Made by a program: the position numbers and the translations under genes. A DNA stretch of 64,000 bases from an uncultured bacterium. Its GTDB lineage: Bacteria > Patescibacteriota > Minisyncoccia > Phycocordibacterales > PALSA-1337. The notes under the pieces were generated by a model, which had not been told where the DNA came from, ran no database searches, and was given only the letters and a program-made list of their open reading frames with translations. Of this stretch, positions 27,314 through 36,975 are shown one piece after another (within the stretch, counting starts at the first letter, position 1; each line of letters starts with the position of its first letter). The stretch spans positions 24,038-88,037 of the forward strand of contig CAIQIZ010000028.1 in the NCBI GenBank assembly GCA_903872035.1, in the 5' to 3' direction.

Positions 27314-29305
27314 TTATTTCTTTGGCGCATCTTTCGGTGTATCCTTGGGTGCTGCTGACGCTTCAGACTTCGTCTCTCTTGCAACAGCCTTCGCCATTCC
27401 GTCAATTCGTTCCTTCTCGGCCTCTTCTTCCCCAGCATCGATATCTTTTTGTAGTCGTACTTGTTCTTTCTCAAGACGCTCAACATCTGCTAATTCCTCA
27501 GGGCTAGCCGGAATTCCCGGTTTAAAACCAATAGGTTTCCCCTTTGCCACAATCTTAGCTTTGAGTTCTTTAAGTTCATCATCCACTCTCGTTTTCTCAC
27601 GTTTGTTAGCTGCCAGGTCTGACTTCGCTTTTTTATCTCGAACTACCTTGTCCAATTTTGCTGCTGTTTGCCGATTTGCTCTGTTATCGATAGCGAAACC
27701 TATTGCACCACCAAGGTATAGATTACCCGGGCTAGCCTTCCAAGGAAGACTTTCACGATATTTCGCCTGATATGCTTTGGCTTTATCCTTAGCTACTCCA
27801 AAGGCCTTATCTCCTTCGGGGCCTTGGGCGAAATCACCACGGTCGACTTTATCCAACCTATCATGCATTCCTTCCTCGGCTTTTTTCTTTGCTGCTAAGC
27901 GAGCTTCGTATCCACCCGCTTTACCCCCACCGAAGCCGCCTGTGCTGACCTTAGACAGACCAGAAGAAGCTAAACCGCCGATGCCGGGCAAACGGCTTGC
28001 CAGGAATTTCATCGGAGCGCTTTCGTTCGCTCTGTAAGCCGCACGTCCGAGAGTTCGAGCACCAGCCTGGCTTCCGACACCCTTCCAAATATTTGCCGCG
28101 CTGAACTTCTTCATGGTTTTATCCATCCATCCAGTCGCAGATCCGCCCATCTTGAGGCCGACGATGAGAGGAAGGTTGAGCATGACTATGACCATGGCAA
28201 AATTGATGGCTAACACCATATAACTGAAAGTCCAATTGGTACCGGCTGGCAAGCTTGAAATATTGGAACTAGCCGCGCCCATGATGTTGCTTTCGTTGAG
28301 GACTTTCAAGGCTGCATACATAAGCAAAAGATACACGGGCATAAAGACTAATTGGGCCTCTAGTTGTGTCTTGAATTCTTTCATTTTGTCTGCTATTTGC
28401 GGGATGATCATACCGGCAAACCATATAGGTGAGAAGGCCAACAGAAATAGCAGGATAACCAATCTTGCGATGAATGCCGCCGCAGCCAAGAGAAAGCTGA
28501 AAGCGGCTGTTATCATTATGACAATGCCGACTATACCGACGACGATGATTGTGAAGGAATCTCCAAGTTTAGTTCCGATCCCGTTAGTCTTGGTATTAAA
28601 ATTGGTTTGGATCTTCAGGCTGTTCATGAAGATTTGAGAGATGCCATTTCCCGCGCTGACATTTGAGGTGCTTTGGGTCATTCCGGTTGCTGTCGCCAAA
28701 TCGGCTACGGTCGTCTTATCAGTCATGGTGATAGATGTTGGTACCATGGAGTTGAAAATAGCCAAAGAGACGACATTTGAAGCATCGATGAGGACGCTGA
28801 CTATGAAGAAACTGAAGTTGATCAGTATACCAGCGGTGACGATGGAGACTATCACTTTGCCATAATTGTTTCCAAGACCAAGGATGATTTGGAAGGCCGC
28901 GTATAGAAGGAAAAATATGAAGAATATGCCGGTCACGTCGCGGATAGTCTGCCAAATGGCGTAAATGGCGGGTGTGGCACTGACGAAGTCTTTGATGTGC
29001 ATGGTTATAACTATGGAAACGTTCAATATACCTCCGGCGAATGTGAGCATTATGCCCATAGCGTCTAAAGCAGTATTAACAATGTTTGATAGTACAGTAT
29101 TTATGCATTTCGTCGGATGAAGGACGTCACTCACGCTACATCCAGTTTGGCCACCGCCCGAACCTGGGTCAGGAGTGCTTGTTGGTGATGGAGACGCAGT
29201 TACAGACGGCGTTGGAGTCTGTGCGTTTACAGGAACTGCAAACAAAGAAAACACCGTAAGGACGAGGAAGAGTATCGGGATGATTTGTTTGAAATGCGAT
29301 TTCAT
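27314..29305 (-). CDS. VirB6-like polytopic membrane protein
   Basis: WQTIRDVTGIFFIF, ILINFSFF, IDASN, RLVILLFLLAFSPIWF; multiple TM segments, Gly-rich and charged C-terminus. Confidence 0.75.
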   Translation of the reverse strand: MKSHFKQIIPILFLVLTVFSLFAVPVNAQTPTPSVTASPSPTSTPDPGSGGGQTGCSVSDVLHPTKCINTVLSNIVNTALDAMGIMLTFAGGILNVSIVITMHIKDFVSATPAIYAIWQTIRDVTGIFFIFFLLYAAFQIILGLGNNYGKVIVSIVTAGILINFSFFIVSVLIDASNVVSLAIFNSMVPTSITMTDKTTVADLATATGMTQSTSNVSAGNGISQIFMNSLKIQTNFNTKTNGIGTKLGDSFTIIVVGIVGIVIMITAAFSFLLAAAAFIARLVILLFLLAFSPIWFAGMIIPQIADKMKEFKTQLEAQLVFMPVYLLLMYAALKVLNESNIMGAASSNISSLPAGTNWTFSYMVLAINFAMVIVMLNLPLIVGLKMGGSATGWMDKTMKKFSAANIWKGVGSQAGARTLGRAAYRANESAPMKFLASRLPGIGGLASSGLSKVSTGGFGGGKAGGYEARLAAKKKAEEGMHDRLDKVDRGDFAQGPEGDKAFGVAKDKAKAYQAKYRESLPWKASPGNLYLGGAIGFAIDNRANRQTAAKLDKVVRDKKAKSDLAANKREKTRVDDELKELKAKIVAKGKPIGFKPGIPASPEELADVERLEKEQVRLQKDIDAGEEEAEKERIDGMAKAVARETKSEASAAPKDTPKDAPKK

Positions 29306-29311
29306 AGAATA

Positions 29312-31072
29312 TTATGGGGCGGCTGTCGGCGTGGCCGTTCCACTGGTGCAAAGGGCTTGGTATGGCGCCAGAGTCGTCTGAAGCGTGGTGGCTGTTTGGG
29401 TGGCGGTAGTGAGATATGTTTGGGCAACTTGCGGATCTAGAACAGCCGTAGTTGACTGGGCTATGAGGTTGTTCAAACTATTTTGTTGGTCGGTCAACTG
29501 TTGGGCTGTTGTGGCGCTTTGCATCTGTGACACAGCGCTTTGGATGGCTAGCAAGACAGATTGCGTGCTGTTATAAGCGCTTTGATATTGGTTGACTGCT
29601 GGAGTCACAGTGATGGAGATGACGTTATTCAAAGCAGTGAGGCTCGTTTGCAGACTTGCCGCTGCTCCGGAAGCGCTGGCTCGCGTCTGTAGACAGGCTG
29701 AAGCCGCTGCATAAGCAGTTTGTTGTTGTTTTATGAGTGTGAGTGCCGAATTCAAAGTCGTCACTGATTGTTGGACTGATGCGACCGCAGTATTGATCGG
29801 AGCAACGGTCTGCTGTTTGAGATTGGTGAAGTTTGTTTGAAGTGCTGGGTCGCTGTTTGCGTATTGGTTGATGAATGATTGGGATGCTGCGTTGCTTCCA
29901 GAGCTTGAATTGCTAGAAGTTGTTTTCGTCAAAGACAACAATCCACCACCATTAGAGAGGACCTGATTGAAGAGCTGATTTGTCAAAGCGGTGGCTATCT
30001 CGTTTATATCGTGGGTCATGTTCAAAGTATCGGTTTGGGCACCGAGCTGTTTGTTGAGTGCGGCGGAAATGACTGAACCTGGCGTCTCGACGTGGCAGAC
30101 TTTGGTGGTTGCGGTGCTTCCAGAAGATGTTTGAACGTTGTCGCATTTTTGCCATGACAAGAATCCATTTCCCCTGTTCAGGTCATTATTGATCGCGTTC
30201 TGTTTTTTCTGTATCTGCACATCCAGGTCGCTCTTTGCTTGTAGGGCAGCCCCGAAAGCATTGTTTTGTGGCTCGGACACTAGAGCCATGAAAGCTGGCC
30301 AGCCACCTTGACGGAAATCGCCTCCCATGAAGCCGTCGACGCTGGCACCATTAATGCTTATATCGTTAGGGTTGTTCAGGACATTTCCTGACATTATATC
30401 TCCTAGATTTGTGCCATTCGAACTTCCCTTAACTGAGACGGAAACATTGCCGCTTTGTTTGGCTGTCTGTATCACCTTGCTCAAGGTACATGTATATCGT
30501 TGATTTAAGGTCGATGTTTGTCCCAATGCTAGCGAGAGACGAAGGTCGATATTGAATGGAGAACAGAGTGATTTACCTAACGGACCGAGGTCGCTGATGA
30601 ATGCCCCGGTAACTTGGTCGGCGGCATCCATGAAGAAACCTTCAGGATTCTTTAAGAACGCCGGTTCTCCTTTGAAGCCGGTATTGATCCAAGTTACTAC
30701 GCTATTCGTAAGTTGGTGCAGTATCACCTGGGCAGCTTGCCAGGCCAGGCCTTTCCATGTGCAGACGTCATCCTTCACGGCCGTAGTATTTGATCTAACC
30801 GTTGCGTCGGAAACAGGCACCGCATTCCCACCAATGATGCTCCCTACGCTACCGCTTCCACCACTGCCGCCACCGATACCTACTGCGCTTCCTATGCCAC
30901 TTAAAATCGATCCCATGTTACAAGCGATCAGTCCCGCCCCCACTCCCCCGACCGCTCCTGCTATTTGTGCCTGTGCTGTTGCGGGAAGATATACTGCCGA
31001 GGTCATGAATAGAATCGAAGTAACGAATGCTAGGCAGATCCCATTTTTGATTATGTTGTTCTTGATTGTCAT
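29312..31072 (-). CDS. Secreted helical protein of the T4SS-like cluster
   Basis: Signal peptide, VTWINTGFKGEPAFLKNP, GNGFLSWQKC, ETPGSVI; Q/T/A-rich helical C-terminus. Confidence 0.7.
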   Translation of the reverse strand: MTIKNNIIKNGICLAFVTSILFMTSAVYLPATAQAQIAGAVGGVGAGLIACNMGSILSGIGSAVGIGGGSGGSGSVGSIIGGNAVPVSDATVRSNTTAVKDDVCTWKGLAWQAAQVILHQLTNSVVTWINTGFKGEPAFLKNPEGFFMDAADQVTGAFISDLGPLGKSLCSPFNIDLRLSLALGQTSTLNQRYTCTLSKVIQTAKQSGNVSVSVKGSSNGTNLGDIMSGNVLNNPNDISINGASVDGFMGGDFRQGGWPAFMALVSEPQNNAFGAALQAKSDLDVQIQKKQNAINNDLNRGNGFLSWQKCDNVQTSSGSTATTKVCHVETPGSVISAALNKQLGAQTDTLNMTHDINEIATALTNQLFNQVLSNGGGLLSLTKTTSSNSSSGSNAASQSFINQYANSDPALQTNFTNLKQQTVAPINTAVASVQQSVTTLNSALTLIKQQQTAYAAASACLQTRASASGAAASLQTSLTALNNVISITVTPAVNQYQSAYNSTQSVLLAIQSAVSQMQSATTAQQLTDQQNSLNNLIAQSTTAVLDPQVAQTYLTTATQTATTLQTTLAPYQALCTSGTATPTAAP

Positions 31073-31078
31073 AGTGAT

Positions 31079-31945
31079 TTATCGGACTAGCGCATTCAAA
31101 GCGTTCTGATTGATCATGAATGGAACCCCCTCGCCCTCCAGTACAGCGTTCATATCTTGTAGGCCGGTGATGATCTGTTGGGCCCCGGTCACGTGCATAG
31201 ACATACCGGATAGGCCGCTTACGGAGTCAGTGTCAAAGCCGCGAAAATCTACAGCTGCGGATTTCATCGTGCTCAGGGCGTTCACAAGTTCTAGATATTG
31301 GGATGAAATGATCTCGGGTGTAGGGATAGCAAGAAGTGAAGAGATCATCCTCTTGTATGCAGCGATGATCGGGTCGATATTTTTGAGTACGGATGGATCA
31401 TTCTTGGAAATATATGATTGGACGATTGAAGATTGGCTAGTTCTTATATTATATGAATCGAGGACCGTGGTGACTGCCTGGCTGAAGGTTAGTAGCGTAT
31501 TTTTATCGTTTGCGGCGATCGTATGCAAATCACCGACAACATATAATTTTGTTGGATTTGTATTGATATGCTCAGCCGCAATATTTGCTGTCGTTTGGTC
31601 TATAGCGTCCTGATCATTCACCAAATCTGCTTGTTTCAGTCCGATATAGCTGGTAAAGAAATCTCTCGCTAAGTTATCAGTTGCTGTAAGCTTCTCTTTT
31701 GTGATGGCGGAATCGCTGTTCGGAGGTGTCTTAACTGTCCCCTCGAACTGTTTCTTCCAGTCACCATTGTCGGTGCTAGTATTTGGTTGCAAATCTGTCA
31801 CCACAGCAGCCGAGTTGTTGTTGCCAGCGCCATTTATTTGGCCAGCGTTTGCGTTTAACGAGGCGTAATGGGTTGTTCCCCAGACGGCCAAAACGCAAAC
31901 CACGAATATTATTACCGTCTGCTTACGCGGGTAGAAAATCGCCAT
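31079..31945 (-). CDS. Membrane-anchored hypothetical protein (first gene of the cluster)
   Basis: N-terminal TM segment; TGG-TATACT 6 nt before the ATG. Confidence 0.7.
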   Translation of the reverse strand: MAIFYPRKQTVIIFVVCVLAVWGTTHYASLNANAGQINGAGNNNSAAVVTDLQPNTSTDNGDWKKQFEGTVKTPPNSDSAITKEKLTATDNLARDFFTSYIGLKQADLVNDQDAIDQTTANIAAEHINTNPTKLYVVGDLHTIAANDKNTLLTFSQAVTTVLDSYNIRTSQSSIVQSYISKNDPSVLKNIDPIIAAYKRMISSLLAIPTPEIISSQYLELVNALSTMKSAAVDFRGFDTDSVSGLSGMSMHVTGAQQIITGLQDMNAVLEGEGVPFMINQNALNALVR

Positions 31946-32027
31946 AGTATAAGTATACCAGCGTGAGGCTTTAAAATCTTATAAATTTGGGGATAATGAT
32001 ATTAGATCAGGAGTAATCCGAATGCGT

Positions 32028-32109
32028 GATATATTCGCTTCGCTCATATATCGTCTTCGCTCGAATCTCAAAAATGCGAGCATTTACGAGATTCTCGCTA
32101 GCCGCTATA
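32028..32109 (-). repeat. ~81 bp hairpin element, family 1, copy C
   Basis: Reverse complement reads tatagcggctagcgagaatctcgtaaatgctcgcatttttgagattcgagcgaagacgatatatgagcgaagcgaatatatc. Confidence 0.85.
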
Positions 32110-32119
32110 ATTACTTCAC

Positions 32120-33226
32120 ATGACTAAGTCGATCTTATTGTCTATTGTTGCAGTCTCTTGTCTCTTGGTTGGCATAGCGAGCGTTTCTGCGAGTACGACC
32201 TTCCGTCGGAATCTCTCCATCGGTGCTCAGGGTCCAGATGTCAGAGAATTACAAGTTATTCTCAATAAAGACCCACTGACAGCGGTTTCCTCAACCGGTT
32301 CTGGGTCGCCAGGCTTGGAAACTGCATATTTTGGGGTCAAAACTGCCAAAGCCGTGGCTAGATTTCAAGAGAAATATGCCAAGGACATTCTCACACCGAA
32401 CAATTTGACGTCGGGAACCGGATTTGTTGGCTTAAAAACAAGGGAAAAGCTGGAAAGTTTGATAAATTTGAGTATTTCTTCTTCGAATACTCCTCAGGTG
32501 AGTGTTGTCCCCGCCGTTTCGCCAGCAAGCACAGCGGTGAGTCCTGTGGTAATTCCTTCTGTGCCCATTCCAGGCATAAATACGGCCGGTTCTTTGAGTA
32601 GTGCAGATATTCAGAAATATCTGTCCCGTGGCGTTATTCCCCAAAGTCTTGCATTTGACCGAGTTTTTCCGAATGACCTTATGATTTTTGGGCTTTCTCA
32701 TAATAAGGCCAAACCCGGCGATCAATTGCAGGTCACTGGCGGCGGTTTTGCGAATACCATGATATTTCACCTTGGTCCGGCGAATAGTGTCAATGTTCAG
32801 GCAACTACTGCCGATCAATTCTCGATTACGGTGCCGAATATTTCATTCGGACAATACAAGGTTTGGCTTACGGATGCGACCAGAACTACCGAAAACGCGA
32901 CCCCACTCTTTCTCACTATCGGAAATATTACTGACGATCGCCCCCTCATCGCTTCCGTGTCACCTATACAAGCCGATAGAAATAGCCAGATTGTCGTAAC
33001 TGCCGACTCGCTCGACACCACTGGCAATACGGTTTACTCGAATATTGGTATAATCAGATCAGTCAGCTCGCCTGATGGCCATAGTCTGACATTCAAAGTA
33101 AGTGATTTGCCCAATGCTGCAGTATTCTTCAGTGATACGAATATAAATCAGTTCACAGTTACGTTCAGCATCGGAACATCCAAAGGAAAGAGCTTAAATT
33201 ACGGATATTTTCATTTAACGAAATAA
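32120..33226 (+). CDS. Secreted PG-binding-like + IPT/Ig-like domain protein
   Basis: LSIGAQGPDVRELQVILN...GSPGLETAYFG.KT..AV.RFQ...GFVGLKTREKL, followed by beta-rich domains. Confidence 0.8.
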   Translation: MTKSILLSIVAVSCLLVGIASVSASTTFRRNLSIGAQGPDVRELQVILNKDPLTAVSSTGSGSPGLETAYFGVKTAKAVARFQEKYAKDILTPNNLTSGTGFVGLKTREKLESLINLSISSSNTPQVSVVPAVSPASTAVSPVVIPSVPIPGINTAGSLSSADIQKYLSRGVIPQSLAFDRVFPNDLMIFGLSHNKAKPGDQLQVTGGGFANTMIFHLGPANSVNVQATTADQFSITVPNISFGQYKVWLTDATRTTENATPLFLTIGNITDDRPLIASVSPIQADRNSQIVVTADSLDTTGNTVYSNIGIIRSVSSPDGHSLTFKVSDLPNAAVFFSDTNINQFTVTFSIGTSKGKSLNYGYFHLTK

Positions 33227-33232
33227 CTCATC

Positions 33233-33739
33233 ATGGGATTTTCTGCAAATACAATAAATAGTCGCTCGCAAGGTTGTGTCAAAGCACTTATTTCTATAAT
33301 AGCCATTGTTTCCTTGGTTTTACCGCTTACTGCGAAGGCTTACGGTAGGATGTTCGATGGAGGCATGTTGTTAGGAATAGAAGAAAAGTGTACGTGTAGT
33401 GGAGGCACTAATATAAATACCATGAGCTATGTTGATAATAGTTATCATGTTTATCTATATCAGCCAGGAGTGACTCAGTTATATCCCAATTACAATATTA
33501 TGAGCTCCGATGCGTATTTTTTGACAACTCTGACACCGGTTGCAATTTGTCTGGTGTATCAAGGAGAAGATTGTGGTGATAGCGCCCAAAATCCGGAAGG
33601 AGTATTTCGTTTGATCGGGACTTCTTTCAATAATGGAAAGAATAGTTTTGCAACTCTTTTCGATTCGTTGCCCGGATCGTCGCTTATTTCTAACACCGCG
33701 TCTAGACTTACCCCGACTTTTTCTTGGAAAGGCCCATAG
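33233..33739 (+). CDS. Small secreted cysteine-containing hypothetical protein
   Basis: Hydrophobic signal region, KCTCSGG, ICLVYQGEDC. Confidence 0.6.
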   Translation: MGFSANTINSRSQGCVKALISIIAIVSLVLPLTAKAYGRMFDGGMLLGIEEKCTCSGGTNINTMSYVDNSYHVYLYQPGVTQLYPNYNIMSSDAYFLTTLTPVAICLVYQGEDCGDSAQNPEGVFRLIGTSFNNGKNSFATLFDSLPGSSLISNTASRLTPTFSWKGP

Positions 33740-34535
33740 TGGCTATTTGTAGCCATTGCTCGACAGTCAAATCCTCTGCGCGGATTTTTTCATTTAAGTT
33801 CAATCCTCCCCAGAGCGACTTTAATGCATCTTTGTCCATGAGAATTTCGAGATTTCTTATCAAGAATTTTCTCTTGTGAGCAAAACCGGCTTTGACGATA
33901 CTGAAGAAGAATCTGATCGCAACATCCGATGACTCTTCGCTAGAAAATGTATCGGCCGAGATATTTTCAATCGAAAGAATAGCCGAATCTACTGTTGGTG
34001 GAGGTGTGAATGCCCCCGGTGGAACGGTAGCGATGATCTTCGGCGTGCCGAAAGATTTTACCGAGATTGAAAGAACGCTCTCCTTCCCCTCACCGCCAGG
34101 AAGCGAGCCCAAGATCCGTTTGGCGACTTCCTTCTGAACCAATAGGACCATTCGACTTGGTCGCGGTTCGTGTTCGAGGAACTTTTCAAGGATTGCTCCG
34201 GTTATGTAGTAAGGAATGTTGGCGATGATTGAAAAGGAAGGAGGAAGGAGGAAGGAGGAAGGAGCAAGGATATCACCGCGAATCAATTGTAATTGGCTGG
34301 CGGAAATCTCCTTTGAGAATTTTTCTTTAAGCATGTCGACAGAGCGTTCATCCATTTCAACGGCGACAACCTTTGCGCCGGAGGTAATCAAGGCTTCAGT
34401 AAGGACTCCTGTACCTGGCCCTATTTCCAAGATATTTTCATCAGCTTTGATGTCGGCAGCCGAAATGATCTGATCCAGAACATGTTTTGAATTCAAGAAG
34501 TGTTGACCGAGCGATTTTTTTGGTCTAAGAGTCAT
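33708..34535 (-). CDS. rsmA: 16S rRNA m6,2A dimethyltransferase RsmA/KsgA
   Basis: KKSLGQHFL, LEIGPGTG, ANIPYYIT, QKEVA, F.PPP.VDSA, RAEDL. Confidence 0.96.
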   Translation of the reverse strand: MTLRPKKSLGQHFLNSKHVLDQIISAADIKADENILEIGPGTGVLTEALITSGAKVVAVEMDERSVDMLKEKFSKEISASQLQLIRGDILAPSSFLLPPSFSIIANIPYYITGAILEKFLEHEPRPSRMVLLVQKEVAKRILGSLPGGEGKESVLSISVKSFGTPKIIATVPPGAFTPPPTVDSAILSIENISADTFSSEESSDVAIRFFFSIVKAGFAHKRKFLIRNLEILMDKDALKSLWGGLNLNEKIRAEDLTVEQWLQIATMGLSKKKSG

Positions 34536-34599
34536 GCAGAAGATACTAATTCATGGGCGGGCATTAAGCAATCGAGAGCGATAAATCGAGAGCGAAAAA

Positions 34600-36594
34600 T
34601 TAAAAATCAATGAATATCGCCTTGGCGCCGGTAGGCTTTGCTGGTGGCCGATCATCGAGCAGATCCTTTTCAATATCTTCGATGAATTCTGATGGCAAGT
34701 TGACTCTTTGGGCTCCATAGACAGTTCGGAGCACGGTGTAGCTCAGGTAAACCTTCTTCTTGGCTCGTGTCAGAGCCACGTAAAAGAGGCGACGCTCCTC
34801 CTCCTCTTCTGATTTACTGATCTCGCCTTCATCCATATGTTTTAAAGGAAACAGATCTTGTTCAAGGCCGGAAATGAAGACATGATCGAACTCGAGCCCT
34901 TTGGAGGCATGCACAGTCATCAGTTTGACAGCATCCTTATCTTTTTGTAGCTCATCCTGGTCAGTAGCTAGGGCGGCGTTTTCTAGGAGTGCTTCAATGC
35001 CGGCGAATCCTTTGGGCTCCGCGGTTCCGACGTACGTCGGGACGCTTTGTCCAGCGGGCTCGATTGTATCCGTACCAAAATTGTCATATTGCGCCGCCAC
35101 AGAAACCAATTCTTGGACGTTCAGCAACCTTTCTTCATCTTCAGTATCGCCGCTGCGGAGCTGATTCTCAATGCCGGTTTCTTGGATGATGAACTTTATT
35201 ACTTCTGATGGCTTCTTCTCCTCAATCTCGTGACGGATATCGTCGAGTAATTTCCAGAATTGAGATATTTTCGCCTGCATTCCCAGCGGTAAGAGATCTT
35301 CCCTCTTGGACATTATCTTGGCAACTGTAGCTTTGCCTATACCTCGGATTGGAACGTTTATGACGCGACCTATGTCAGCCCAACTCTCTCTATTTAAAGC
35401 CGCTTTTACGTACGAGAGAACGTCTTTTACCTCCTTTCTTTCGAAGAATCTGACTCCGATCAATTGGTACGGCACATTTTTCTTGATGAAAGACTCCTCG
35501 AGCACTCGCGACTGGAAGTTTGTGCGGTAAAGGACAGCCATGCTTCGCGGCGATGTACCGGAGTCGATGAGAGCTCGAGAGATTTCGGCAATGTTTCGCG
35601 CTTCTTCGATTTCTGTATAGGCAACAATCAGCGAAATCTTCTCGCCATGCTCGTTGTCTGTATAGAGCGTCTTCTTTTTGCGTATGAGGTTCTTTTCAAT
35701 GATGTTATTGGCGGCTTTCAGAATAGTCTTGGTAGAACGATAGTTCTTTTCCAAGGTGATGACGATCGCCTCAGGATAGTCTTTCTCGAAGTTGAGGATG
35801 TTCTCTATGGTGGCGCCGCGCCAACTGTAGATATTTTGGTCGGCGTCGCCGACTACACAGATATTGTGATGCGATTCGGCCAAGTACTTGGCGATCTGAT
35901 ACTGAACGTGGTTAGTGTCCTGGTATTCATCGATGTGGATGTATTTCCAGATCGAACCGTATCGTTTTCGGAGATCCAAATGGTCTCGTAGCAGCGTCAT
36001 TGTTTTCAAAAGGAGATCGTCGAAGTCGAGGGCTTTTTCTTTGGCTAGAATGGAGTCGTATTTTTCCCAAACCTGGGCCACCAGCTCTTCCATGTTATCT
36101 CTAGCACGGTCGGTGTATTCCAGATAGCTGATCCCGTCGCCTTTGGCTCTGGATATCATGTTTAAGACGGTGCCGGGGTCGAATTTCTTTGGGTCGATAG
36201 AAGATTGGACCATCGATTCTTTGATGGCTCGGCGAGAATCAGCGCGGTCGTAGATCGTAAAATGTCTGGTAAGTCCCAATAGTTGAGCGTTTTCTTTGAT
36301 GATATGTACTCCGAGAGCGTGGAATGTGCTCATGAAAGGTCTTTCGTTGAAAGAAATGGGAATATTGAGATCCTTATCTTCTTTGAGAAGCGTGCCGACG
36401 CGCTCCCGCATCTCCTTGGCGGACTTATTAGTAAAGGTGATGGCCAATATTGAATGCGGTGCCACCCCTTTTTTAATGAGATTGAGTATTCTGTGAGTTA
36501 TCACCCTGGTTTTCCCGGCTCCGGCGCCAGCCACGATCAAAACCGGTCCTTCTGTGGTCTCTACCGCCCTCTGCTGCGCATCATTCAATGACAT
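34600..36594 (-). CDS. uvrD: UvrD/PcrA superfamily 1 DNA helicase
   Basis: AGAGAGKT, TFTNK, DEYQDTN, VGDADQNIYSWRGA, NYRS, LMTVHASKGLEF, EERRLFYVALTRA. Confidence 0.95.
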   Translation of the reverse strand: MSLNDAQQRAVETTEGPVLIVAGAGAGKTRVITHRILNLIKKGVAPHSILAITFTNKSAKEMRERVGTLLKEDKDLNIPISFNERPFMSTFHALGVHIIKENAQLLGLTRHFTIYDRADSRRAIKESMVQSSIDPKKFDPGTVLNMISRAKGDGISYLEYTDRARDNMEELVAQVWEKYDSILAKEKALDFDDLLLKTMTLLRDHLDLRKRYGSIWKYIHIDEYQDTNHVQYQIAKYLAESHHNICVVGDADQNIYSWRGATIENILNFEKDYPEAIVITLEKNYRSTKTILKAANNIIEKNLIRKKKTLYTDNEHGEKISLIVAYTEIEEARNIAEISRALIDSGTSPRSMAVLYRTNFQSRVLEESFIKKNVPYQLIGVRFFERKEVKDVLSYVKAALNRESWADIGRVINVPIRGIGKATVAKIMSKREDLLPLGMQAKISQFWKLLDDIRHEIEEKKPSEVIKFIIQETGIENQLRSGDTEDEERLLNVQELVSVAAQYDNFGTDTIEPAGQSVPTYVGTAEPKGFAGIEALLENAALATDQDELQKDKDAVKLMTVHASKGLEFDHVFISGLEQDLFPLKHMDEGEISKSEEEEERRLFYVALTRAKKKVYLSYTVLRTVYGAQRVNLPSEFIEDIEKDLLDDRPPAKPTGAKAIFIDF

Positions 36595-36689
36595 GGAGGT
36601 ATCTTACAGGAAGAATGATGAATGAGGAATGATCGGCGGTGCAGTAAAAGTTCCTACTACGTCGTTTGGCTCTAGGAGATTATGTTTTA

Positions 36690-36759
36690 GAAGGCGAAGG
36701 AAATCTTTTTGTTTGAGCGCTGGGGGCCAGCGGCAAACAGAAAGATTTCCGGAGTCTTC
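36690..36759. repeat. Hairpin family 2, copy 3
   Basis: gaaggcgaaggaaatctttttgtttgagcgctgggggccagcggcaaacagaaagatttccggagtcttc. Confidence 0.85.
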
Positions 36760-36975
36760 GACAATACTTTATTTGACAGTTCGTCAATAAAGGTTATTAA
36801 AAGTAAGGTGTGCATATCTCTCGTTGACAATAAATCCTTGCCTGATAACCTAGAGAGATATCCTACAATAAGTAAGTAAAAAAATGGCCACACAGAGCCA
36901 TTTATTGTATAGGAATAAACACACTGGACGTATGGATGGCAGATCTGGCTGACTTGCGGAAAGAAAAAATTTATT

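Noticed and set aside
19298-31945. Integrative conjugative element
   Set aside because: No relaxase, coupling protein, integrase or boundary repeats are visible in or beside the cluster.
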